From NCBI RefSeq assembly GCF_006345805.1, contig NC_043001.1, positions 1,612,001-1,676,000 of the forward strand: 64,000 bases of DNA, read 5' to 3'. Shown here piece by piece: positions 51,634 through 64,000 of this stretch (position 1 is its first letter; the number at the start of each line of letters is the position of its first letter). Origin of the DNA: Octopus sinensis. Its lineage: Eukaryota. A model generated the notes under the pieces. That model ran no database searches. It saw only the letters and a list, made by a program, of their open reading frames with translations, and had not been told where the DNA came from. Position numbers and translations under genes: made by a program.

Positions 51634-52319
51634 TCACACACACAAATATATATATATATATATGCATATATATGTGTGTATGCATAGACATTCACACACA
51701 TACACATTTATATAGATATGTTATATATGCAAGTATTCCACTTGTCTTATGATAGTGACTTTAATCACATGAAATTAAATTATATCACGCTTCAATTTCA
51801 AATATTCCATATTATTAGAAACAACTTAAATTCAATATAATTAATCTCTGTAATTCCCCTTTGCTTAAATTACTTAACTAGCTCTCTTTAATTATTTTAG
51901 TTAATTCGATATGATCAACGTGATGGAGAAATGGTGTATAAACACGTTTTTGTTACATGTGAACACTCACCATACAACACAGATGCAGGATGTCGTCCCC
52001 AACATGACTAATTAACATACTTGTATATACATACATATATATATACAAACATGTATACACGCACATTAACATTTGTTTTCATGTGAAGTTATATATAAAG
52101 ACAATTTCACAGCAAACTGAAGGATTGCTCAATAACTTTCTTTGTAGAATAAATATTTATTGATTTTTGCATGGAAAAATTTAAGAGTGATTTCGAAATT
52201 TGAACTTTCTCACTATGCAAGATCATCATCAGATTGTCCTATGATGCTACAGAAAGTCATTGTCAAACTTTTCCTTCTAAAAGTATATATGTGTGTACAA
52301 TTATACATGCATATCTTTT

Positions 52320-52680
52320 TTACTTGTTTCAGTCATTTGATTGTGGCCATGCTTTAGTTGAGCAATTCGACCCCAGGACTTATTCTTTGTAAGCCTAGAA
52401 CTTATTCTACCAGTCTCTAAGGTACAGGCATGTAAACACATCAGCATCGGTTGTCAAGTGGGGGGACAAACTCAGACACACAAACATATAAACACACACA
52501 TATATAGATATATACATATATATGAAGGGCTTCTTTCAGTTTCCGTCTACCAAATCCACTCACAAGGCTTTTGTTGGCCCGAGGCTATAGTAGAAAACAC
52601 TTGCCCAAGGTGCCACGCACTAGGACTGAACCCGGAACCATGTTTTTGGTAAGCAAGCTACTTACCACACAGCCACTCCT
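52320..52680 (-). mobile_element. Bipartite SINE copy (well preserved)
   Basis: Same two modules as 19330-19675. Confidence 0.75.
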
Positions 52681-54339
52681 ATGCCTATATTCCAAAGCAT
52701 ACACACACACATATATATATAAACCATTGTTGTCATCATCATCATCATCATTGGTTATGACAATGAGAGTTTTAGTCGATCTGATCAACAGAACAGCCTG
52801 CTCATGAAATTAGCATACAGGTGGTTGAGTACTCCACAGACATGCATACCATTAACGTAGTTCTCATGGAGAAATAGCATGACACAGAATGTGACAAGGC
52901 TGGCCCCATTGAATTACAGGTACAACTAATTTTTGCCAGCTGAGTGGACTGGAGCAATGTAAAATAAAGTGTCTTGTTCAAGGACATAACATGCTGTCAG
53001 GAACTGAACCTGTGACCTTACAATCTTGAGCCGAACATCCTAACCAGAAAGCCATACACTTTCACCATATACACATAAGTATACAACAAACAAACAGGGA
53101 AATATATCAATAACTTTGTTGTGAAGACCTGGTGAATTACAGACCTAGTCAACCCATTATGCTAAGTAAGGAAGAAAGAGAAGTTATAGAGAACAAGAAT
53201 ACCATACTGAATTACACTGAATATTTTGTTGTTCTTATATGAAGGGATTCAATATGATTATGGTAAACCATCAAAACTAGTCATCAGTTTCCATTCAGTT
53301 CTGTTCTTCTACATCACAGAATCATTCTTCTTCTGTTATCACCCACTTGGCTGTCAGAAATGTGGAAAAGCTGTGATTCATTGGCTTTTCCCAGGGCACA
53401 GCACAGATCCAACGATGACACAACAATACGGAATTCTTCAACCAATATGTCAAAATTTCATCCACTTAACTATTGTGATTTTTCAAGTATTTGCTCAAAG
53501 ATTATAAATAAAGTTTGATAAATATATTTTTATGACATAGAATGATCAAGCATTGATGAAAAGTTTCCAGAAGGAATGGTAATTCTCAAATGAGAATTCC
53601 TTTGGAATATTTCGTTTTGTTTGCTTAACTTCAAATTTCTTGGCAGCCGTATTACTAATTTCTAATCGTTTCTAATCTTTTATTTTTTCAATTTTGGTAT
53701 AAATCACATGGAACCTAACTTCTTAGTATGAAACTACCTTATACTAAGTTGCAAGTATGTCTCTTATAACTAGAATGCAAGAACATCCCTGAAGATATGT
53801 TTAATGTATTTACCTAATGTGATTTCAATTGTGTATAGCGATTTAATTTATGCCTGGCCAGCTTCCACACAAATCTGTGAATGTTGCTTTTTGCTTTTCC
53901 TATATAGGAATGAAGATCTGAACTTGGCTTAGAATTCCTGGTGGTGTATGGCACTGAGGATGCCAAATCAAGCCAAAACATTCGTATCTGGTGACCTACT
54001 GATGTCATTCTAAGTGAGATCTTGGTTTTTAAACACACAAAGCTTCTTGGCAGAAATTTTCCAGAGATAGAATATCTCATCAAGCACAGTAGAATGGTGC
54101 TAGTATTATTATCTGATATATATATATAAATATATATACGGCAATAAGAAAATGGAGGGGATCAAGAAGTGGTATTCATCAACTTTTAGACATTATATTA
54201 TGTCTATTTATTTATTTAAAACAAAAAAACAATTATAATAATATACATACATGTATAACAGATTATGCTTTACATATATAAAAATACCAGTAATTATTAA
54301 AATATATAATATAGAACATAGAATATATATATATATATA

Positions 54340-54530
54340 TATATACATACATACATACACACAGATATATATAATAATCTATACTGTTTATGTACAGTTA
54401 TAGGCACTCCTACTACTGAATGAGTAAGAGCTCCATGAAGGTTCCATTATCAGTCAGCTTCCAGTAAATTCATTAGACAACCACTATACTTACTAGTGTT
54501 ACAAATTTTGATAGCCAGAGCTTATGTATC

Positions 54531-54566
<36 letters not shown>

Positions 54567-56264
54567 ATTACTGTGTGGGCGTATAGTGAACTCAAAAATC
54601 ACTTTCAAAACCATCTAGAATTTCAATCAGCAAAAGCTGACCACATTCATTCTACTATTCTTTAATAAATGCAAAAGTGAAAGTCCTGGAAATGCAATTA
54701 TAATTTTTACTGAAGAAAGTCAAGAACCACATCTGGTTTTTCAACTAAAACCTTGACCAATTCAAATAAAAAAATTCTTTTCCCTTTCTCTCCCCCCCCC
54801 CCACCTTAAAAGGCCACTAAGTACCAAACAAACAAGTCTGACCATACAAAATCCACACCTCTTTCCATCCACCTCCTTTCCCAAAAAATTTTTTCCTTTC
54901 TTCTCCCTTGCTTGGCAAGCCCTCAAAAATTCTTTCTAAAAAGGCTAAGAAATCTAAATTTGAAACATTTTTTGATAACTCTAATAACAGAAGAAAGCGC
55001 TAAAAATGTTAATAAGACATAGATAAATAAAAACTATATATATAATCATCCAACATTCTGACTACCTTATTATTACGAATATACACTATCTGTACATCAC
55101 TTGAAAAACTATATACATATATACACACACACGCATTTATATCTATGCATGTTCATATACATGAGTGTATATATACATACACATACATACACATATACAT
55201 ATACATATATATATATGTGAGTGTATATGGCATTTTCTGTGGCTCCTTCGCCGTTCTCAAAAATAGCGTTTGTAATATTTTATCTTGTTCGGCTTAACAG
55301 CCCTTCTTGTCTGTGTGACTGTTATTCTCCTTGTCCTGTCGTTTACTGTTTATATTTTGTACTGTCGTTACTGTCCTGTTTTTGTTACCATTTTTACCCC
55401 TCCGCAAAAAAATCTCAAATTTTATTAATTTTCGCCTTCACCTTCCAAACGCGGAGTAAATGAAACCATAGCGACTGAAGAAGGGGAATCTTCCTTGTGT
55501 TATTTGTCCTGTACTCTATTTTTTCGTTGTTTAAGAAAAATGTCCAGTTCCTTGGTTTTGTGTTTATGTTTTCGTTTCTCATTGTGTCCTGTACCCATAT
55601 ATGCATGTATATATACATGTAGATGTAGGTACGTACATATATGTATGTATATATGCATATGTTTTATTTATCAGTTTGTTATATATATATATATAATATA
55701 TATGCAGAAGGTGCATGGCTCAGTGGTTAGAGCTTCAGACTTACAGTCATGTGGTAGTGAGTTTGATTCTGGACCGGGCTGTGTGTTGTATTCTTGTGCA
55801 AGACACTTTATTTCATGTTGTTCCAGTTCACTCACCTGTAGAAATGAGTTGTGACATTACAGGTGCCAAGCCGTATCAGCCTTTGCCTTTCCCTTGGATA
55901 ACATTGGTGGTGTGGCGAGAGGAGGCTGGTGGGCTTGGGCAACTGCTGGACTTCCAAAAACCACTTTGCCTGGAATCATGCCTCAGAAGGGAACTTCTAG
56001 GTGCAATCCCATGGTCATTTATGAATGAAGGGGCTCTTATCCTTTACCTATATATATATATATATATTATATATATATACATACATACATACACACAGAT
56101 ATATATAATAATCTATACTGTTTATGTACAGTTATAGGCACTCCTACTACTGAATGAGTAAGAGCTCCATGAAGGTTCCATTATCAGTCAGCTTCCAGTA
56201 AATTCATTAGACAACCACTATACTTACTAGTGTTACAAATTTTGATAGCCAGAGCTTATGTATC

Positions 56265-56298
<34 letters not shown>

Positions 56299-57805
56299 AT
56301 TACTGTGTGGGCGTATAGTGAACTCAAAAATCACTTTCAAAACCATCTAGAATTTCAATCAGCAAAAGCTGACCACATTCATTCTACTATTCTTTAATAA
56401 ATGCAAAAGTGAAAGTCCTGGAAATGCAATTATAATTTTTACTGAAGAAAGTCAAGAACCACATCTGGTTTTTCAACTAAAACCTTGACCAATTCAAATA
56501 AAAAAATTCTTTTCCCTTTCTCTCCCCCCCCCCCCCTTAAAAGGCCACTAAGTACCAAACAAACAAGTCTGACCATACAAAATCCACACCTCTTCCATCC
56601 ACCTCCTTTCCCAAAAAATTTTTTCCTTTCTTCTCCCTTGCTTGGCAAGCCCTCAAAAATTCTTTCTAAAAAGGCTAAGAAATCTAAATTTGAAACATTT
56701 TTTGATAACTCTAATAACAGAAGAAAGCGCTAAAAATGTTAATAAGACATAGATAAATAAAAACTATATATATAATCATCCAACATTCTGACTACCTTAT
56801 TATTACGAATATACACTATCTGTACATCACTTGAAAAACTATATACATATATACACACACACGCATTTATATCTATGCATGTTCATATACATGAGTGTAT
56901 ATATACATACACATACATACACATATACATATATATATATATATATGTGAGTGTATATGGCATTTTCTGTGGCTCCTTCGCCGTTCTCAAAAATAGCGTT
57001 TGTAATATTTTATCTTGTTCGGCTTAACAGCCCTTCTTGTCTGTGTGACTGTTATTCTCCTTGTCCTGTCGTTTACTGTTTATATTTTGTACTGTCGTTA
57101 CTGTCCTGTTTTTGTTACCATTTTTACCCCTCCGCAAAAAAATCTCAAATTTTATTTAATTTTCGCCTTCACCTTCCAAACGCGGAGTAAATGAAACCAT
57201 AGCGACTGAAGAAGGGGAATCTTCCTTGTGTTATTTGTCCTGTACTCTATTTTTTCGTTGTTTAAGAAAAATGTCCAGTTCCTTGGTTTTGTGTTTATGT
57301 TTTCGTTTCTCATTGTGTCCTGTACCCATATATGCATGTATATATACATGTAGATGTAGGTACGTACATATATGTATGTATATATGCATATGTTTTATTT
57401 ATCAGTTTGTTATATATATATATATATATATATATGCAGAAGGTGCATGGCTCAGTGGTTAGAGCTTCAGACTTACAGTCATGTGGTAGTGAGTTTGATT
57501 CTGGACCGGGCTGTGTGTTGTATTCTTGTGCAAGACACTTTATTTCATGTTGTTCCAGTTCACTCACCTGTAGAAATGAGTTGTGACATTACAGGTGCCA
57601 AGCCGTATCAGCCTTTGCCTTTCCCTTGGATAACATTGGTGGTGTGGCGAGAGGAGGCTGGTGGGCTTGGGCAACTGCTGGACTTCCAAAAACCACTTTG
57701 CCTGGAATCATGCCTCAGAAGGGAACTTCTAGGTGCAATCCCATGGTCATTTATGAATGAAGGGGCTCTTATCCTTTACCTATATATATATATATATATA
57801 TATAT
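54340..57805. repeat. Near-identical tandem duplication, period about 1733 bp, bounded by (TA)n
   Basis: acagatatatataataatc at 54361 and 56095; differences are mostly homopolymer or (TA)n length changes. Confidence 0.95.
55700..56040 (+). mobile_element. tRNA-derived SINE (duplicated at 57435-57775)
   Basis: Head ggtgcatggctcagtggttaga (A box) ... gagtttgattctgg (B-box-like), core tgcaagacactttatttcatgttgttccagt. Confidence 0.75.
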
Positions 57806-57807
57806 AA

Positions 57808-58830
57808 TCATCGCTTAAAGTCCTCTTTCCATACTGGCATGAGTTGGACGGTTTGACTAAGGACTTGCAAGCCAGGAGACTGCACCAGGCTCCAATCTGA
57901 TTTGGCAAGGTTTCTACAGCTGGATGCTCTTCCTAACACCAACCATTCCGAGAGTGTAGTGGGTGCTTTTTACATGCCACCAGCACAGGGGCCAGTCAGG
58001 CTGTACTGGCATCGACTATGCTCGAATGGTGCTTTTTACATGGCACCAACATGGATGCTAGTCCGATGGTACTGGCATTGGCCATGACAATTATTTCACA
58101 TGCCTCAACAGGTCTTCTCTAGCACAGCATATTGTCCAATGTTTAAAGGGTACTTTTAAATGGGCTGGTTATGTGACACAGGCATAGACCATGGCCTCAT
58201 TTGGCTTGCAGGGTCTTCTCAAGAACAGCATATCTCCAAAGGTCTTCATCGCTCGTCATTGTCTCTGTGAGGACCAAAGTTCAAAGGCTGTGCTTCACTA
58301 CCTCATGCCAGGTCTTCCTGGGTCTACCTCTTCCACAGGTTCCCTCCACTCTTAGAGTGTAACACTTTTCCATACAGCTGTCCTCATCCATGCATAACAC
58401 ATCTGATGCTTCTCAGGTTCAACTTTTTTACCTTTCATCTGAGTGAGAGGACCTTTGTTACCAGCAGAGGTAGGAGCTCTCTGAACATTGCCCAGGCTAT
58501 TCTTGCCAGAAATATAGTATCAGTGGTACGAACCCAAACTGCATCTCATCTAGACTGACTCTCTCCCTAATTAGTTAGGCTATGACCCTCTCCATAACTT
58601 CCATCACCTGATCCAACAATTTGATATTTCTGTAAATATTTGTATCTAATGTGTCACCTTTAACTTCGTAGCAGTTGACCATGGTGCTGCTACACCAGTC
58701 ATTGGGTATGAATCCTTCATGTATCACCTGTGTGACTAAACTGCTGACTATACTATAGCTGACACTGCCAGATATTTTAAGCATATCTGTGGTAATTCCT
58801 GATGGGCTGGGGGCTTTCCCTGTTTTTATA
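57808..58830 (-). mobile_element. Internally deleted RTE relic (RT N-terminus joined to C-terminus and 3' UTR)
   Basis: ORF 58575-58784 (MLKISGSVSYS...IPNDWCSS...IKLLDQVM); C-terminal remnants 58150-58440; tail at about 57808. Confidence 0.7.
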
Positions 58831-58854
58831 CCATTAATATAGTGTCACACACAC

Positions 58855-58886
<32 letters not shown>

Positions 58887-59449
58887 TATTCATATATATA
58901 TATATTTATATGTATGTATATGCCTATGTGTGACACACACACACATATATAATATGTGTGTTTCAGAGCAGAGATAGGTATAGGTACAAGCATAACTGTG
59001 TTCAAGAACCTTACTTCAAAACAATGTATTTCGAGGTTCAATTCTCAATGTGAATTCATGAAATGCAATAGAATACTAGAGTAAGATTTAGTTTCTGGTC
59101 ATCATTGGACATATTAGACATGCAGTCTTCAGGAAATGGCATTTGGCAAATGTTTGTTATCATACTTACACAATCTGAAGTAAGGGCATTGTCCTGACCT
59201 TTCAAAACCCTGTAACACCAGTGAGATTGGTGTAGGTAATGTACCATTTAGATTATTACTGTTGATTCTAGCACTTCACCTGACCCTACTGATGCTTCCC
59301 CCTACACCTGCTCCATACACACCTGTTAATTACATTCTAGCATTGCTTAGTTTTGCTGTTAAATATGACTCACAGTGGGTGTATATAAAGTTACAAAAGT
59401 AGAGATATCAGTAGCTTCAAAAACTATTCAGATGAAAGATTGTCAAGTC

Positions 59450-60180
59450 ATTATACATACATCATACACACATATACATGCATATATAAATATATATACA
59501 TGCATATATGTATATATATATATATACACACATACATATACACACACACACACACACATATATATATACATACATATATATATATATATTCATATATATA
59601 TACACATGCATATATGCATATATATATATACATATATACATACATGCATATATAGACATATATGCATATATATATACACATACATACATACATACATATA
59701 TATATATATACCCATACATGCATATATAGACATATATACGTATATATATATATGTACACATACATATATATATACACACACATATATATATATACACATC
59801 CATACATACATGCACATATATGTATATATACATGCACACATACATACATATATACATGTATATATACATGCATACATACGTATCATCATCATCATTTAGC
59901 GTTAGCTTTCTATGCTGGCATGGGTTGGATGGTTTGACTGAGGACTGGTGAGCCAGAATCTGCACCAAGCTCAATCTGATATATACAGACACACACATAC
60001 ATGTGTGTGTGTGTATGTATGTATATATATATATATTATATATATATATATTTATATATACACACATATGCATATGTATGCATATATATATATATATACA
60101 TACATATATATATATAAACACACACACACATGTATATACACACATACATATATATATATACATACATGTGTGTGTGTGTA
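59450..60180. repeat. Compound (TA)/(CA)/(TACA) microsatellite interrupted by an RTE 3' tail (59880-59980, minus strand)
   Basis: Directly visible. Confidence 0.9.
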
Positions 60181-60649
60181 AGGTGTTCTTATGAAAAAGT
60201 AATATTCAAATATTTTTTCCTGCTTTCTTCATTTTTCATTGAACGAAAAAATTCATTTATTAACACTTTGATCTGTGGCAGATCCGCTATGAATTTCAAC
60301 AAAAAAAGAAAACAGAAAAGCAAGGGAACCACAACAAAAACACTAAAAACAACAATAAAAAGCAATAAGAAAGAAAGTAAGAAAGTTAATTGATTGAAAG
60401 GGCAGCAACACCCAGAGAATATTAAAGCCAAAGAAACCTGTTAGAAAGATGTAAACACATTACATAGCAAATGCCAAAAACTGTTCAAGATATCTGTAGG
60501 CTTTGATTTATGTTAGGTTTCCATGATCTTGCTCATCTCTGCCAATGGAGGATGATTTGGTAGTAAAAGATACTTTCATTTCGAAGCTTTATTGCACAGA
60601 ATTTACACCACCAAACTTCTTGTACATCCACAGTTCACACTGTGTTGTT

Positions 60650-61620
60650 TGTAAGGAATTTTTAAGTAAAATTTCCTTGTATACTGAACATGGATATCAG
60701 CCTGACGATGGCAGGGCCTTGTCTTCTTTCTTTCTAAGGCCTTACTGTTTGCTGGGTTATCTTTCAGGCCTTTCAGTTCTAACTTTTGCCTCCTTGAATT
60801 TCTATTCTGAGTCTTTGAATAATCTAGCTATAAGAAGTAGATCATCAGTATATAGGAGTCCCCACAGGCACCTGATCTGTTTTATGGCTTGAAGCACTAT
60901 GATAAACAGAAGTGGATTTAGGACTGAGCCCTGTCTGACACCAACTGCTAAACTTGCTGCCATACTCAATGCTTTAGTCTTATTGGTTGCATCACAGTAT
61001 TTGGTTTGCGAACCCGTGGTATCATTGCTATGCCTATCACTTAGAGTAATTAGTGATACCTCTTCCAGATACAAACCCAAACTTCATTCATCTGGGCTAA
61101 TTCTGTGCCTAATAAATTCTACCACAACTTTTGTAACCTGATCCATCTCTTTGAAGCTTCTGAAATGTCCTCTTTCTCTCATCTGTTTCCCTTTGCTCTT
61201 GTAACAGCTGATGATGATACTGTTTGACTATGGCCAATGGGGTTTGTTGACGAGTTATTGAAATGTTGTGGGCCCTTGCATCCTTAACTATGACAGTGTA
61301 GTGTCTGTACTCTAGATGGAGTAACTGGGACCTTTGCTCCTATGTTGTGACATCCCATTCAGACAGTAGTATAGCTTCCAATTGCAAAGTTGTGTATATT
61401 CCATGTGTGTATATTCCATGTCTTCACTCTAGATCCTTGGTTCTTTTCTTCTCTCTTAGTAGCTTATCTTTTGGCGTAACAGTATTGGATTATCTCGAGC
61501 TCCACTGTTAGTTTGATGCTATGAGGTGGCCATAAGTGGCAGCAGTAGTCCAGGCAACTGAGTTCTCTATGGAACCAATTTGGTCTCCTCTTCCTGGATC
61601 TGAGTGATCTCAGCATTCAA
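60650..61620 (-). mobile_element. Decayed RTE relic
   Basis: GVRQGSVLNPLLFIIVLQAI...LLYTDDLLLIA (ORF 60802-61080). Confidence 0.7.
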
Positions 61621-62095
61621 CCCACCAGTCATTTGCACATTGTTGCTATCTTGGTGTTATACACACAGAACAATACATCATTACTCATATAGATTTCCAG
61701 AATAAGCTCTGATTGTAATGCTGGGTTTACAATAGCCGCAGGTGCTGTGTTTTCTGATTACATACATCTACACACACCTGTACAGTGTTCAAGAGTGATA
61801 TGTGGAAGACTTTGTCCATATTTCTTTGTTTGCTTGAACCGATGCATGTGTGATGTATGTTTATTTTATCTCCAAGTGAATAACAACACAGCTAGAAGAG
61901 GACACATGCCCTTGCTTGTAAGGGTACACTTCATTTGCATGTTTGCTGATTGGACCCCAGGGAAGTGACCCTTTATTGGGGAATTTGTGTTTTCTTTTAT
62001 TCTGGTGTAGTCATTTTTGCTTTCTAATAATCACATTTATTTAAATCCTTACAGACATTTTTAGCAAAATTATTTCTTGTGAAGTCACCTCCTCT

Positions 62096-62138
<43 letters not shown>

Positions 62139-63175
62139 GAAGAGAGAAAGAGAAACAAACAAATGAATTGACAATGTTACAGAGAAACATAAAACCAGAC
62201 ACACAACTTTGCACATTTAAAAATTCCTCACAAGAATGAACTCACAGACATATACATAGTTCTTCATGCAATAAATATGTAATTACACACAAACACACAC
62301 AGAGACACATTTAAAGAGCCTAGATATGCATAGAGCAATCCACAAGGCACAACCACACACACTCCTCACTCCTATACACACAAACTGTTTAACACAAAAG
62401 TATTCCTAAATACACATATAGAAACTGATACACACACACACAGGCACCTACATAATCAGGTACATACACATATGTATATTCAAACATGTAATACACACAT
62501 ATATACACAGACACATTAACATACAAACATTCTCAGACAAAAAAATAAACACATTCACCAGAAACACAATTACAAACAATGACGCACAATCACACACACA
62601 CACGTGCGCATACACACACACACACGTGCGCATACACACACACACACGTGCGCATACACACACACACATTTTAAATAGCCTACATCTTATTCAAAGTCAA
62701 AACTGAAATTCCATAGTTCACATTTTTCTCAACAGAATATCTCTTCCTGAGGCTGCCCTCGGGCCAAGATTTTTAGCTAATTATATTTTCAATATTCGTT
62801 AGTAATGATTGCCAATTTAGCTAAAAATAACAAAAATAAATACAATAAATAAAATTTAAAAATTGCATTAAAAAACCGACATAAAAAATAGAAAATAGAA
62901 ATATAATTCTCATGATCAACAATGATTTTTATGTAATTTTATATTATTAATATTTAAAATTTTATTTTTAACATTAAAAAAAAATCTTTTATTGTTGACT
63001 GTGAGACAAAGAAATAACCAATACCATAACTAGCAATGAATGCAGCTTCTAGAAACTTCCCACTAACATTGATAATTTATACTGGAATTGCTGGTTATTC
63101 GTTTATCAATTTAATTTTTAGGTATTTCTCATAGGGTCTGTCACAATACAGCTCATACAATAACATTTCACTGAC

Positions 63176-63254
63176 CTCCACCACCTGAAACTTGTCTTCC
63201 ATTTCTTTTACCGCTTTCTTCCTTTTCTGATTTTCCTTGATAACGAACAACTGC
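63176..63254 (-). CDS. Candidate internal coding exon of an unidentified host gene (xQLFVIKENQKRKKAVKEMEDKFQVVE)
   Basis: Acceptor ttcttgacgtttcag|G, donor GAG|gtcagt, 79 nt, purine-rich and open in frame, helical charged peptide, not repeat-like. Confidence 0.45.
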
Positions 63255-64000
63255 CTGAAACGTCAAGAACTCTTTTTTTTTTTTTTCTATTTCTCCCTTT
63301 TGCCATTCAGCTAATGCTATCAGAGGATGCAGCAGGGAAAACTTACACATTTCAGTTGCTCCTTGTGTGGAACTAGTAAAATTAAGCTGATGGTTGTGGT
63401 GCCTTTATTGTTTCTTTTCTCACTTCCTGTCATGCTTTCCAGTGGTGTACTTGGTGTGTGTGTTGGCTGTGAAAACATTGACCAAGACTGGTTAATCTGA
63501 GGGTATTTTTTGTCACACTTTGACACTTTGGACACGTAATATCTTCATCATTCATATCTGTGTTCCAAGCTGGCATGGATTGGGTGTTCATTCATGTTAA
63601 TTTATTTTGTTGCTTAATTTTGTATGTGATAATGTTTTACTCTGAGTTCAAGTCCTTGCTACTCAGTCATTTCATGATCATAAACATTCCACTAGTGTCC
63701 ACCTCATCCTTTCAAGTATATTTAAGATACAATGTGTCTTTTTCTTATTTAAGATGCTAACATGTGATTAGATGAAAATTTGGCTGCTATTTCCATCAGG
63801 TTATTCTACCATGTAATGGTATTTATTTGGTTAAGGGATTAAGTCTACCACCCAAGTAGGCCATGGTAGGATTTGAAGTCAGAATTGTAAAGATCTAGAA
63901 TACTACAAAGTATCTGGTCCAACATTCTAACTGCTGTGTCAGTCTTCTGCCCTAGGTGTGTACCTTTTGGAATGTTAAACGATAAATTTGACCCTTGAGT

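Noticed and set aside
55460-55500. GAAAC followed by CTGAAGA (type II/III hammerhead order)
   Set aside because: Only 8 nt between the boxes, too short for helices III and I
55705-55780. tRNA-like sequence
   Set aside because: It is a SINE head with a degenerate B box and no complete cloverleaf, not a tRNA gene
56485-56733. 82-aa Pro/Lys-rich ORF
   Set aside because: Frame is broken in the duplicate copy at about 54750; low-complexity composition

Overview
AT-rich, microsatellite-saturated eukaryotic DNA, most likely an octopus (coleoid cephalopod) genome. That assignment is my recognition of the SINE/RTE repeat vocabulary, not a database result. The window is largely intronic or intergenic repeat landscape. 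It holds two young 5'-truncated RTE LINEs (25.5-28.5 kb, 40.3-42.1 kb) plus many decayed copies and 3' tails, an R4/Dong-like relic, a CR1-like relic, an L1/Tx1-like element, two TIR- and TA-bounded mariner relics, many tRNA-derived SINEs, several foldback elements, and two near-identical tandem duplications bounded by (TA)n. No host gene can be named; a few isolated candidate exons exist, the best at 63176-63254 on the minus strand. The most interesting signal is at 42.25-43.07 kb: two different minimal type I hammerhead ribozyme motifs with (quasi-)palindromic helix III, each inside an element with inverted and/or direct terminal duplications. This suggests non-autonomous Penelope-like or retrozyme-like elements. 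Two more CpG-decayed hammerhead relics lie at about 13.5 kb and 44.4 kb. Other leads are a PHD finger inserted inside the RTE reverse transcriptase domain and apparent microsatellite-specific targeting by three LINE families. Almost all ORFs in the supplied track are microsatellite or antisense artefacts. Boundaries of decayed elements are approximate.
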